Below are positions 40,914 through 50,273 of a stretch of DNA of 64,000 nucleotides, piece after piece. Below the pieces are notes generated by a model that worked only from the letters and a program-made list of their open reading frames with translations, was not told the origin of the DNA and did not search any database. Each line of letters opens with the position of its first letter. The first letter of the stretch is position 1. Position numbers and translations under genes: made by a program. Source of the stretch: Candidatus Daviesbacteria bacterium RIFCSPLOWO2_01_FULL_39_23 (GTDB taxonomy: Bacteria > Patescibacteriota > Microgenomatia > Daviesbacterales > UBA10151); assembly GCA_001776935.1 (NCBI GenBank), contig MFDN01000015.1, forward strand, positions 102,578 to 166,577, in the 5' to 3' direction.

Positions 40914-42029
40914 ATGATAAAAACAAACGGTATAACAACTTTTACTTCAGAATCAGTCTGTGCCGGTCATCCGGACAAAATCTGTGATCAAATTTCCGAT
41001 GCAATTTTGGATGCAGTGCTGGCTCAAGATCGTCAAGGCAGGACTGCGATAGAATGTTTAGCAGGACATAATAAACTTATCATTGCAGGAGAAGTAGGGG
41101 CAAATGCTAAAGTAGATTACGCCTCGGTTGCAAAAGATCAAATAAGGCGTCTTGGGTATACAGATCCTAAATTTAATTTTTGTGATAAATCCTCCATAGA
41201 GGTATATGTTCATGAGCAATCACCGGAAATAGCAGTTGGTGTAAAGAAAAAAGGAGCCGGTGATCAGGGGATGATGTTTGGTTTTGCCTGCCGTGAAACA
41301 GACAGCTTAATGCCGCTGCCTATAACTATGGCTAATGCTTTAGTTAAAAGGATGGATCAAGTGAGGGAAGAAAAGATTGTTAAATATTTGCGTCCGGATG
41401 GAAAATCTCAAGTGACTATCGAATACAAAGACGGAAAACCCCGGAAAATCTTGCAAGTAGTTGTAGCTATTCCTCATGAGGAATCAGTTAATTTAAATCA
41501 GGTAAAAGAAGACATATATGAATTTGTAGTAATACCGGTTTTGGAAAGGTTTGGTTTTAAGATTAAAATAGATGATTTGGTGGTTAACGGCACAGGCATT
41601 TGGCATAACGGCGGCCCGGCCTCTGATTGCGGTTTAACCGGTAGAAAGATTGTGGTTGATACGTACGGTGGGTATGCCAGAGTTGGAGGGGGAGCCTTTT
41701 CTGGAAAAGAGCCCTCTAAGGTAGATAGAGGAGGAGCATATGCTGCAAGGTTTTTAGCTAAAAATATTGTGGCTCATGGCTTAGCAGACAGGGCAGAAGT
41801 CAGACTTGCCTATTTTATCGGGGCAAAAAAACCTACCATGCAGGATGTGGAAACTTTTGGCACCAATAAAAAATCCCACAAAGTAATTCTTTCTTTTATG
41901 GAGAAAATCTTAGATACTTCTGTTTCCGGAATAATAAATGGTTTGGATTTACAAAGGCCGATATATCTGCCAACAGCAGCTTATGGTCACTTCGGCCGCG
42001 ACGAATTCCCCTGGGAAAAGATAGTTTAA
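40914..42029 (+). CDS. metK: S-adenosylmethionine synthetase
   Basis: FTSESV..GHPDKICDQISD, GAGDQG, RPDGKSQV, GLTGRKI.VDTYGG, GGGAFSGK. Confidence 0.97.
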   Translation: MIKTNGITTFTSESVCAGHPDKICDQISDAILDAVLAQDRQGRTAIECLAGHNKLIIAGEVGANAKVDYASVAKDQIRRLGYTDPKFNFCDKSSIEVYVHEQSPEIAVGVKKKGAGDQGMMFGFACRETDSLMPLPITMANALVKRMDQVREEKIVKYLRPDGKSQVTIEYKDGKPRKILQVVVAIPHEESVNLNQVKEDIYEFVVIPVLERFGFKIKIDDLVVNGTGIWHNGGPASDCGLTGRKIVVDTYGGYARVGGGAFSGKEPSKVDRGGAYAARFLAKNIVAHGLADRAEVRLAYFIGAKKPTMQDVETFGTNKKSHKVILSFMEKILDTSVSGIINGLDLQRPIYLPTAAYGHFGRDEFPWEKIV

Positions 42030-42099
42030 GCAAAACTTTAGTTATTTGGAACGATCGGACAGTTTACGTAAAGTTTAAAGAATTTCTTTTGAACAAAGT

Positions 42100-42369
42100 C
42101 TAATTTACTTTAAACTTCTTAAAATCTTTTAAAGGACCATCGGAAACTTCAACTTTTTCCACCCGGGCCATATTTGAACCGGTGTGACACCAATGCAGGA
42201 ATTTTTCTAAATTATCTTTTTCTCCTTCTGCTTCAATATAGACTGAGCCGTCCGGCTGGTTTTGGGCAAAACCTTTAATGTCTAAATCATCAGCTTGTTC
42301 TTTGGCATTGGCTCTGAAAAATACCCCTTGGACCAAACCAGAGATCTTGATATTAAGATGTATATTCAT
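42100..42369 (-). CDS. acyP: Acylphosphatase
   Basis: ISGLVQGVFFR, GFAQNQPDGSV. The start is placed at 42369 because the longer ORF reads through a REP. Confidence 0.92.
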   Translation of the reverse strand: MNIHLNIKISGLVQGVFFRANAKEQADDLDIKGFAQNQPDGSVYIEAEGEKDNLEKFLHWCHTGSNMARVEKVEVSDGPLKDFKKFKVN

Positions 42370-42378
42370 AATTTCTCC

Positions 42379-42457
42379 GTAATTGCGAGGAGTCTTACGA
42401 CGAAGCAATCTTGAGTAATAATTAATAGAGATTGCTACGCTAATCGCTCGCAATGAC
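42379..42457. repeat. REP-like inverted pair (TTGCG subtype), no nuclease
   Basis: GTAATTGCGAGGAGTCTTACGACGAAGCAATCT (42379-42411) and GAGATTGCTACGCTAATCGCTCGCAATGAC (42428-42457). Confidence 0.85.
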
Positions 42458-42469
42458 AATTAAAAGATT

Positions 42470-43255
42470 TTAGGAAAACTCCAATATCATTGGTAAATGA
42501 TCGGATATTTCCAGATGAGGAACCTGAAAATTTTTGATTTGGATATCTTTTGAAGTAAATGCATAATCAGCGTATTTTTGAAATTCTGGTTTTCCGTAAA
42601 AAGGACTTAGACTACTTCTAGTTAGTTCAATTTGAAATTCTTTTATTAGGTTTTTCATATTGTTCTCAACAATTTTGATACATTCGGTGTGCGGCAATAA
42701 ATTAAAATCACCAATCAATATTTTTGAGTCGTTTTCAGCATCCACAATTTGTTTTACTCTTTCTGTTTCCAAAAGCCGCCTTTTCGTATCAAGTTTATTT
42801 CCCGGAAAAGGCGTTCCATGGAAATTAAAAACTGAAAAATTTTTACTCTCTGTATTAAAATTTATATATTGCAAAGGGGTTGAGAGGTTTGAAAAATCCT
42901 TTTTTAAAGGTTGAGTATCATCGTTTTTAAAAATGAAGAAGTCTTTTTTGGATATAATTTTGATATCATTTTTAACAAATATTGCCAGTCCATAAGTTAA
43001 ATCAAAATCTACAGGAACAGCGTTGTCATCAAATCCGCTTTTTGTTGGAAAATAGAACTCTTGAAAATTTGGTAAGATATTTTCTATTTCCGAAAGTAGA
43101 TTAGCCCTAATCCCCCTGCATGTTTTGATATTAGATTTTGTGTCATAGATTTCCTGGAAACAGAAAATATCAGTATCTTGTGAATGGTTTTTTATAAAAT
43201 CCATCAAGGGCTCAAATATTTTCCCGCCCCAGGTATTTAGAGAAATAAGTTTCAT
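42470..43255 (-). CDS. Endonuclease/exonuclease/phosphatase (EEP) family protein
   Basis: ISLNTW, FCFQE, GDFN, DY.F, SDHLP. Confidence 0.9.
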   Translation of the reverse strand: MKLISLNTWGGKIFEPLMDFIKNHSQDTDIFCFQEIYDTKSNIKTCRGIRANLLSEIENILPNFQEFYFPTKSGFDDNAVPVDFDLTYGLAIFVKNDIKIISKKDFFIFKNDDTQPLKKDFSNLSTPLQYINFNTESKNFSVFNFHGTPFPGNKLDTKRRLLETERVKQIVDAENDSKILIGDFNLLPHTECIKIVENNMKNLIKEFQIELTRSSLSPFYGKPEFQKYADYAFTSKDIQIKNFQVPHLEISDHLPMILEFS

Positions 43256-43445
43256 AATTGAACGTAGTGAAATTATAAGTCCACGTCTATGAATAGTATT
43301 CTACGAGGCTGAATGGTAAAATACAACAAGCACCGGAGATTAGTTCATCGGGTTAAAGTCGTAAATCGACTTTAACGGGATAACTACAATCAAATCCGCA
43401 TTTAGCGGATATTTTAAAATCATGCTTATCCCAGGAAGACCGCGA

Positions 43446-43519
43446 CGGGGAGTAGTATAGTGGTAACACGCCGCGCTGGGGGTGCGGCATCGGGAGTTCG
43501 ATTCTCCCCTCCCCGACCA
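43446..43519 (+). tRNA. tRNA-Pro(GGG)
   Basis: Acceptor stem CGGGGAG/CTCCCCG, anticodon arm CCGCG-CTGGGGG-TGCGG, GTTCGATT T-loop, encoded CCA. Confidence 0.96.
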
Positions 43520-43585
43520 ATATAGTACATTTTGGGGTATTGACCTTTGGGATATATTTGGTAACCTATAAAGTAGTATAAAATT

Positions 43586-44653
43586 ATGGCACAAACAAAT
43601 AACGATGCCAGAAAAGCTGCAATTTCTGCAGCTATGGCTCAAATTCAAAAGCAGTATGGCACAGGTTCTATAATGCGTTTGGGCGAGCGGGTTGAAAAAT
43701 TTACTACAGAAGTTATCCCTACAGGTTCTCTGGCATTAGATTTAGCATTAGGTGTTGGGGGTTTGCCAAAAGGAAGAATTATAGAAGTTTACGGACCTGA
43801 AGCAGGCGGGAAGACCAGTGTATGCTTGCATGTAATCGCTGAAGCTCAAAAAAAAGGCGGAGTGGCAGCATTTATAGACGCAGAGCATGCCTTGGATCCT
43901 CAGAGAGCGCAAAAGATCGGAGTAAATTTGGACGATCTGTTGATCTCCCAGCCGGATACCGGCGAGCAGGCTTTGGAAATTGCCGAGGCCTTAATCCGTT
44001 CAGGCGGAGTAGATGTTTTGGTAATAGATTCTGTGGCAGCGCTGGTACCAAGGTCAGAGCTGGAGGGCGAAATGGGTGAATCTTCAATGGGTGTACAGGC
44101 TAGACTAATGTCTCAGGCTTTACGAAAATTAACCGGCGCAGTTTCCAACACCAACACTATTGTAATCTTTACTAATCAGTTAAGACAAAAAATCGGGATT
44201 ATGTTTGGCAATCCAGAAACCACAACAGGAGGCCTTGCATTGAAATTTTATTCCTCTATCCGCTTGGATATCCGGAAGATTGAAAATATTAAAGATGGGG
44301 ATTTGGTTATTGGTTCAAGACACAGGGTTAAGGTGGTTAAAAATAAAGTCGCTCCCCCGTTTAGAATTGCGGAATTTGATATGGACGAGAATGGAATATC
44401 TCATGAAGGAGAGCTTTTAGATGTAGGGATAGAACTTGGGATTTTAACCAAATCAGGAGCTTTCATAAGATGGGGAGAAAAAATGCTGGGTCAGGGGCGA
44501 CAGGCAAGCATTGCATACTTAAAAGAAAATAAAAAAGAGGCACAAGTTTTGGAGAAGGATATCAGGGAAGCTTGGGGCAAGCAAAAAGAAGGTAAGGAAA
44601 AACTTGTAGTCGGGAAAGAAGAAGATAAGGGAGTGTTAGAAGAGGTTGTATAA
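43586..44653 (+). CDS. recA: Recombinase RecA
   Basis: [47 protein letters not shown]. Confidence 0.99.
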   Translation: MAQTNNDARKAAISAAMAQIQKQYGTGSIMRLGERVEKFTTEVIPTGSLALDLALGVGGLPKGRIIEVYGPEAGGKTSVCLHVIAEAQKKGGVAAFIDAEHALDPQRAQKIGVNLDDLLISQPDTGEQALEIAEALIRSGGVDVLVIDSVAALVPRSELEGEMGESSMGVQARLMSQALRKLTGAVSNTNTIVIFTNQLRQKIGIMFGNPETTTGGLALKFYSSIRLDIRKIENIKDGDLVIGSRHRVKVVKNKVAPPFRIAEFDMDENGISHEGELLDVGIELGILTKSGAFIRWGEKMLGQGRQASIAYLKENKKEAQVLEKDIREAWGKQKEGKEKLVVGKEEDKGVLEEVV

Positions 44654-44660
44654 TTGATGC

Positions 44661-45323
44661 ATGCCTAAAATTACCTCGGTAGAACCTCAGAAAAAAAATC
44701 TTCGCCGGTTTAATGTTTATCTGGATGGAGAATTTGCCTTTGGGGCAGATGAAGATCTGGTGGTTAACAAGAGATTGGTAGTTGGAAAAGAAATTTCAAA
44801 AGAAGATTTAGAAAAAATTTTATTTGAGGCAGAGGTGGGGAAATTAATGGAGCGGATGTATGGGTGGTTTTCTTTAAGGCAGCATTCAGAAGCAGAGGTT
44901 AGGCAATATTTTAGAATCAAGAATCAAGAATCAAGAATAAAAGATAAAGAACCAATAAGCCAGCTGGTGATTGATGCTACGATAGAAACTTTAAAGAAAA
45001 AAGGCATGGTAAATGATTTGGAATTTGCCAAGGCCTGGGTAGAGGCAAGAAGAAAAAGCAGGCAAAAAGGCATTCGGGCTATAAAATCAGAGCTTTTTCA
45101 AAAAGGGATTGATAAGGAAATTATAGAAAAAGTGATAAGTGATACGCGATACGAGATAAGTGAAGAAGAGTTGGCAAAGCAGGCTTTGGAGAAAAAAATA
45201 AAATATTGGAAAAATTTAGATCCCAAAAAGCTCTATCAAAAATCAATTGAATTTTTGCTCAGAAAAGGATTTGATTATGAGGTTGTTAAGTCTGTAATTG
45301 AAAAAGTAATAAAAAAAGAGTAA
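44661..45323 (+). CDS. recX: Regulatory protein RecX
   Basis: Follows recA; R.HSE.EV, ND.EFA..WV, ELFQKGI, FLLRKGF. Confidence 0.88.
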   Translation: MPKITSVEPQKKNLRRFNVYLDGEFAFGADEDLVVNKRLVVGKEISKEDLEKILFEAEVGKLMERMYGWFSLRQHSEAEVRQYFRIKNQESRIKDKEPISQLVIDATIETLKKKGMVNDLEFAKAWVEARRKSRQKGIRAIKSELFQKGIDKEIIEKVISDTRYEISEEELAKQALEKKIKYWKNLDPKKLYQKSIEFLLRKGFDYEVVKSVIEKVIKKE

Positions 45324-45334
45324 AATAGTTCTAG

Positions 45335-45451
45335 AGAATCAGAAAGAGTGGATTTATCTATGAAAAAATTAATTCTCAAAACCAAGTCAGACTTGGTCAA
45401 AAAATTAATACTCCCTCTAAGCTTCGAGTAATCGGAGTCTTTTCTGATTCT
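45335..45451 (+). ncRNA. Candidate 6S-like rod-shaped small RNA
   Basis: Promoter TTGAAA, 17 nt, TAAAAT (45298-45326); 11-bp terminal stem, central bubble and apical ACCAAGT-cag-ACTTGGT hairpin; upstream of rny. Confidence 0.45.
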
Positions 45452-45457
45452 GTTAAT

Positions 45458-45547
45458 GTCATCCTGAACATAGTGAAGGATCTCTGAACTTGTTTCAGAT
45501 GGATCTAGAATAAATCTAGAGATTCTTCGCTAATCGCTCAGAATGAC
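45458..45547. repeat. REP-like inverted pair, no nuclease
   Basis: GTCATCCTGAACATAGTGAAGGATCTC (45458-45484), then TGAACTTGTTTCAG, then GAGATTCTTCGCTAATCGCTCAGAATGAC (45519-45547). Confidence 0.88.
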
Positions 45548-45560
45548 CAGAGAGAATATT

Positions 45561-46901
45561 ATGCAACGATCATTTGGTCCAATTAAAACTAATCAGCAAT
45601 CTCCATCATCTGATGGAGATTTTATCAAACGTGAAGCAGAGCTTGCCAAAAGAGAAGGGGTTTTAGAAGAAAGAGAAAGACAGATTACTCAAAAACAAAT
45701 ACTTCTGGATGAGAAATTGGAATCTTTGGAAAAAGTCCGTAAAGATTTAGTTTCCAAGCTGGAGAAAGTTTCTTCTATTTCCAAAGACGAAGCTCAAAAA
45801 ATTCTTTTAGAAAATGTTGATAAAGATTTATCTTCAGAAATATCCAAAAAAATAAAAGAGGCAGAAGAAGAAATAAAGCTGGCAGCAGATGAGAAGGCTA
45901 AAGAAATTTTAGCCAGCGCAATGCAACACGGCGTGACAGATTATATTTCAGAATTTACGACTTCAAAAGTAAAGCTTCCGGATGAGGAAATGAAAGGCAG
46001 GATTATCGGTAAAGAAGGCAGAAATGTCAGAACGTTTGAACAAGTGACAGGGGTTGATGTAGTGATGGATGATGAGATTCCGGATACTTTGATTTTATCT
46101 TCATTTGATCCGGTAAGGAGGGAAATAGCTAAAGTTTCTTTGGAAAGACTTATGGAGGATGGGAGGATTCAACCGCAAAGAATTGAAGAAATTGTTCAAA
46201 AGACCAAGGAAGATATAAATAAAATCATGAGAGCGGCAGGCGAAAAGTTGTGTCATGATGTCGGGGTTTATAACTTGCCTGTGGAGTTGGTGGATATCAT
46301 CGGCAGGTTTAAATACCGTTATTCATATGGACAAAATTTAATCATGCACACACAGGAGGAAACACAAATCGGAATTGTTTTAGCAAAAGAAATCGGAGCA
46401 GATGTTAACGTAGTGCGCTTGGGGTGCTTATTGCATGATATTGGAAAAGTGGTAACAGAGGGTGATGAGGGTACGCATGTGGAAAAAGGAGTACAGCTTG
46501 CAAAAAAATTCGGGATATCTGAAAAAGTTATCAATTGCATCGCAGAGCATCATGAAGATAAGCCTTTTTCAGCAGTTGAATCAATCCTTGTATACATTGC
46601 TGATGCAATATCCGGAGGCAGGCCTGGTGCCAGACATGAAAATGTCGGAGATTATATAAAGAGGATGGATGATATTGAAAAAATTGCCACATCTTTTGAA
46701 GGTGTTGAAAAAGCTTTTGCAGTGCAAGCTGGACGAGAAGTCAGGGTGATTGTAATTCCGGAAAAGGTTCCTGATGATGAGCTGCCGAAATTAACTCATG
46801 AAATAGCTGATAGGATTTCCAAAGAAGTGATGGTTCCCGGAGCTGTTAAGATAACTGCAATTAGAGAAACGCGCTATTCTGAGTCTACTTTGACAACCTA
46901 A
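45561..46901 (+). CDS. rny: Ribonuclease Y
   Basis: Coiled coil, KH domain (MKGRIIGKEGRNVR), HD domain (LLHDIGK), ADAISGGRPGAR, AVQAGREVRV. Confidence 0.96.
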   Translation: MQRSFGPIKTNQQSPSSDGDFIKREAELAKREGVLEERERQITQKQILLDEKLESLEKVRKDLVSKLEKVSSISKDEAQKILLENVDKDLSSEISKKIKEAEEEIKLAADEKAKEILASAMQHGVTDYISEFTTSKVKLPDEEMKGRIIGKEGRNVRTFEQVTGVDVVMDDEIPDTLILSSFDPVRREIAKVSLERLMEDGRIQPQRIEEIVQKTKEDINKIMRAAGEKLCHDVGVYNLPVELVDIIGRFKYRYSYGQNLIMHTQEETQIGIVLAKEIGADVNVVRLGCLLHDIGKVVTEGDEGTHVEKGVQLAKKFGISEKVINCIAEHHEDKPFSAVESILVYIADAISGGRPGARHENVGDYIKRMDDIEKIATSFEGVEKAFAVQAGREVRVIVIPEKVPDDELPKLTHEIADRISKEVMVPGAVKITAIRETRYSESTLTT

Positions 46902-48269
46902 TTATCTTCTTTGGAAAATAATTAAACTTCTGTCTTCAAGCTTAATTTTCCAATAATTGGATTTTTTGAAAGTAGCTATTCTCTCTTTTAGGCTGTCGGG
47001 GTTCATCGGATAACTGCTTAAAGAGCTGTCTAAAACGATGTATTCTGCACCAAATACTTCCGGAAAAAAAAAGATCTGTTCCCTGTTTGCAAGATGTGGA
47101 ATTATTGGTGATTGTGCGGAAACTGAAGCAGAGGAAGAGATAGTTTGCAGGGATTTTTGTATGTACTGTAAATGCGAAATATCCTGAATGGGGTTTTTTA
47201 TTACTCCCCAGACCAAGCCGTTTGGCGCAAGTCCCCCGGTAAAGAGGAAAAATATAAAAAGAATAATTACGGGACGCAAAGGAATATTGAATTTGCTTAG
47301 GGCAAAGATTGAGCTGACTGCAAGGAAAGGTATTAGGTTGGCGCTATGATGAAAGTTATTAGTCCATGTTTGAATGTAAGTGGAGGAAAATCTAAGGAAT
47401 AGGGATGGGAAAACAGTAAGCCAGCTTAATATGGATAATACAGGTAAGAAATCAAACGAACGGTATAGCTCATCAACTGTTTGCATTTTTATGGGAGAGT
47501 TGAAAAGTTGATCAGTAAATATAGAAGGGCGGGTAAGGATTAGCAAAATTAAATCGAGAGGCTGATTTATAGGAAGGATAGAGGCAGATAAATAAGCTGA
47601 GCTGGCTCCTGCCCAAAGGAATGGCATTATTTGAAACTTGATAATATATACGCTTACCAGCGCAAAGATTACAGTCAGTAAGCCTAACTTTATTTCACGT
47701 TTAATTATTTGAAATAAACCCAGTCCCAGAATAAATATCGGGATATCTTCTTTGAAAGTTAAGCTTAAAGCAAGAATAATCCAATACATTCTCCATTTTT
47801 TAAAATACCAGAAGTAAAGTATTAAAGATAAAGGCAATACAGAAATAGTTGCTAAATGGAAATCGAAATTTACAGCGGATATGATCCCCTGTGAGGTTAG
47901 ATAAGATAAGGCAATTAAAAAACTAACTAAAGTATTTTTTAACCTGTCTTGGGCGATTGCATAAATAGGAATACAGCTTAATGCTACGAAAATTGCTTGT
48001 AGGATGAGAAGAGTTGAGGCATCGGGAAAGAGTTTGTAGAGAGGGGAAATCAAAAGCAGGATTAAGCCAAAATGATCGGCTAATATTAGCATATGTTTTA
48101 ATGTGCTAAACGGAGTCAGGCCTTGGCTGTAAAGATATGTCGCCTGAGTATGAATTCCTAAATCAAATGCATGGGAATTAAAACTGAAGTGTCTATTGAG
48201 AGTATGAAGTGAAAATATAACTATAAATAGTGCTGCCAAAAGAGAAGGGATGATAATTCTTTGCGCCAT
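46902..48269 (-). CDS. DUF2079-like GT-C membrane protein
   Basis: FDLGI..Q, LADHF, FDFH, KED motifs and multiple TM helices; start uncertain (48269 or 48296). Confidence 0.75.
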   Translation of the reverse strand: MAQRIIIPSLLAALFIVIFSLHTLNRHFSFNSHAFDLGIHTQATYLYSQGLTPFSTLKHMLILADHFGLILLLISPLYKLFPDASTLLILQAIFVALSCIPIYAIAQDRLKNTLVSFLIALSYLTSQGIISAVNFDFHLATISVLPLSLILYFWYFKKWRMYWIILALSLTFKEDIPIFILGLGLFQIIKREIKLGLLTVIFALVSVYIIKFQIMPFLWAGASSAYLSASILPINQPLDLILLILTRPSIFTDQLFNSPIKMQTVDELYRSFDFLPVLSILSWLTVFPSLFLRFSSTYIQTWTNNFHHSANLIPFLAVSSIFALSKFNIPLRPVIILFIFFLFTGGLAPNGLVWGVIKNPIQDISHLQYIQKSLQTISSSASVSAQSPIIPHLANREQIFFFPEVFGAEYIVLDSSLSSYPMNPDSLKERIATFKKSNYWKIKLEDRSLIIFQRR

Positions 48270-48350
48270 AAGGAGGGCAGAAAAATATTTTAACATATTA
48301 TTATTTTGGGGCTTGATAAAAGGTAAAACATCTGGTAATTTATCCCTGTT

Positions 48351-48623
48351 ATGACGAAAAATGAACTGATTGAAAAGGTTGCTAAAAAAGCAAACCTGAC
48401 CAAAAGAGCTGCAGCTGATGCTGTAAATCAAACATTTAATTTAATTAAGGATGGATTAGTCAGGGGAGAAAAAGTTGTTATCACAGGATTTGGAACCTTT
48501 CTGATAAGATCTCGCGCAGCAAGACGGGGAAGGAACCCGCAAACCGGGGAAACTATTCAAATCCCCAATAAAAAGACTCCGGGCTTTACTTCCGGCAAAA
48601 CCCTTAAGAGATTAATCAAGTAA
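48351..48623 (+). CDS. hup: DNA-binding protein HU
   Basis: MTKNELI, GFGTF, R.AR.GRNPQTGE.I.IP. Confidence 0.96.
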   Translation: MTKNELIEKVAKKANLTKRAAADAVNQTFNLIKDGLVRGEKVVITGFGTFLIRSRAARRGRNPQTGETIQIPNKKTPGFTSGKTLKRLIK

Positions 48624-49254
48624 TTAAATAAATTACTGCTAAGAAATGGCAAAAGCTCCCGGCGATTGTAAATAAATGCCAAACCCCATGACTGAAAGGT
48701 AATTTTTGCCATAAGTAAAAAATAGTCCCCGCACTATAAAGAAGTCCCCCGGTAATAAGCAACTGTAATCCAATTAAAGGGAAATCCGGTAGCAATGATC
48801 CACTGGTAACAACTGCCAGCCATCCCATTGCAAGATAAACAAATAAGAAAACCTTTCTTTTGCCTGCGGGGCGGATAGCTTTAAGAATAATTCCAGTAAT
48901 AGCCAATCCCCAAATAAATAGTAGTAATGTCCAGCCTGTCTTGGGAGGCATGGCAAGCAAGGCAAAAGGAGTATAAGTTCCGGCAATAAGCAGAAAAATA
49001 GAGGTATGATCCAAAATTTGGAATACTTTTTTTGCACCGGTAAAAGATAAACTATGGAAAAGGGTTGAAAAAAGGAAAGAGATAATCAAAGCTCCTTCAA
49101 ACGCAATAATAGCTGGAATATTTTCAGCTTTGTGGTTTTTAAACGCCAAAGACAAAAGTATCACAAGTCCACTTAATCCAAGTAATACTCCTATACCATG
49201 GGTTACGCTGCTAAATATTTCTTCTCCGATTATTAAACCTTTACTCTTTTTCAT
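48616..49254 (-). CDS. Hemolysin III/PAQR family membrane protein
   Basis: EE..SSVTHG, STLFH, DHTSIFLLIAGTYTP, HGVWHLF, H. Confidence 0.93.
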   Translation of the reverse strand: MKKSKGLIIGEEIFSSVTHGIGVLLGLSGLVILLSLAFKNHKAENIPAIIAFEGALIISFLFSTLFHSLSFTGAKKVFQILDHTSIFLLIAGTYTPFALLAMPPKTGWTLLLFIWGLAITGIILKAIRPAGKRKVFLFVYLAMGWLAVVTSGSLLPDFPLIGLQLLITGGLLYSAGTIFYLWQKLPFSHGVWHLFTIAGSFCHFLAVIYLIT

Positions 49255-49309
49255 ATACACATTATCGCATAGCCTTGTTAAAGTATTTATCAAGATGTAA
49301 GATTTCTTT

Positions 49310-50266
49310 ATGAGAAAAGAGCTGGAGGCTTTTAAAATAAAAATAGGTAATAGAATTTTGGATTATAGATTAGGTCAAAAATTAGATTTAAATAAAATAA
49401 TTAGCTTTTTTGAAAAAAAATATAAGGTTAAGAAAATCTGGTCAGGCGACCGGCATATATTAGGAATCTTAGAAAAATTTCAAAAAGAATATTTTTTAAA
49501 ATTATCAACAAGTGAAGGTATTAGTTTTTTCGGCAAAAGGGAATACAAGTGGAACGAAATTTTTAACAATAAGATTTCTCATAGCGAATTTCAAGTACCC
49601 CGTAATCTTGAAAGCGGATACTTTGAGAAGCTGTTTTATCAGATTACTGAAAAATTTGATGGTGAACTTTTATGCGATAGAGTCGCTTCCAAAGATCAGT
49701 CAAATCGGATAATTGATGATATTGAGAAGATAATAAGTTTATCAAGATTAATTGAGAGTATAAAAGTAGATAACTTAGAATATCCTGTTTCCAAGGTAGA
49801 AGATAACTTCAGGAATTATTTTATTGCAAAAACGAAAAGTTGGTATAAGAGTATTCCTTTGGAGATTGCTAAAAAATTTGACGTCTTAAGTTTGTTGGAG
49901 TTAGTTGAATCGGATAGCATTAAGCTTTCCAAAAAGCCACGTCATGGAGATTTTGCTCCCTGGCACATTTTTAGACTAAGCAATAATAAATTGGGGCTGA
50001 TAGACGGGGAGCACTTTTTATCTCAGGGAGTGGCGGGATATGATATTGGTTATTTTCTACAAAGGGTATTTAGTGTCCTTAAAAATTCGGATGTTTCTCA
50101 AATGATTTTAAATCATTTAATTAAATATGGTTATGATTTACAAAAATTAAAAGTGATTTTAGCTGCGCGGGCTATTGGCGGTTATCTTGACGAGTCGCTG
50201 GCTCCTTTGCCAAATTACGATTATGCTGTCAGGTTCCAAAATTGGATTATGCATTTGAAAGCATAG
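49310..50266 (+). CDS. APH/choline-kinase-like phosphotransferase
   Basis: YFLK, HGDFAPWHI and LIDGE motifs; AT-rich. Confidence 0.75.
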   Translation: MRKELEAFKIKIGNRILDYRLGQKLDLNKIISFFEKKYKVKKIWSGDRHILGILEKFQKEYFLKLSTSEGISFFGKREYKWNEIFNNKISHSEFQVPRNLESGYFEKLFYQITEKFDGELLCDRVASKDQSNRIIDDIEKIISLSRLIESIKVDNLEYPVSKVEDNFRNYFIAKTKSWYKSIPLEIAKKFDVLSLLELVESDSIKLSKKPRHGDFAPWHIFRLSNNKLGLIDGEHFLSQGVAGYDIGYFLQRVFSVLKNSDVSQMILNHLIKYGYDLQKLKVILAARAIGGYLDESLAPLPNYDYAVRFQNWIMHLKA

Positions 50267-50273
50267 TAAGGAT

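Noticed and set aside
42370-42459. 30-aa N-terminal extension of acylphosphatase in the ORF track
   Set aside because: It is a read-through translation of the REP pair; the conserved domain starts at the ATG at 42369.
43340-43648. 102-aa minus-strand ORF
   Set aside because: It is the antisense shadow of tRNA-Pro and the recA start.
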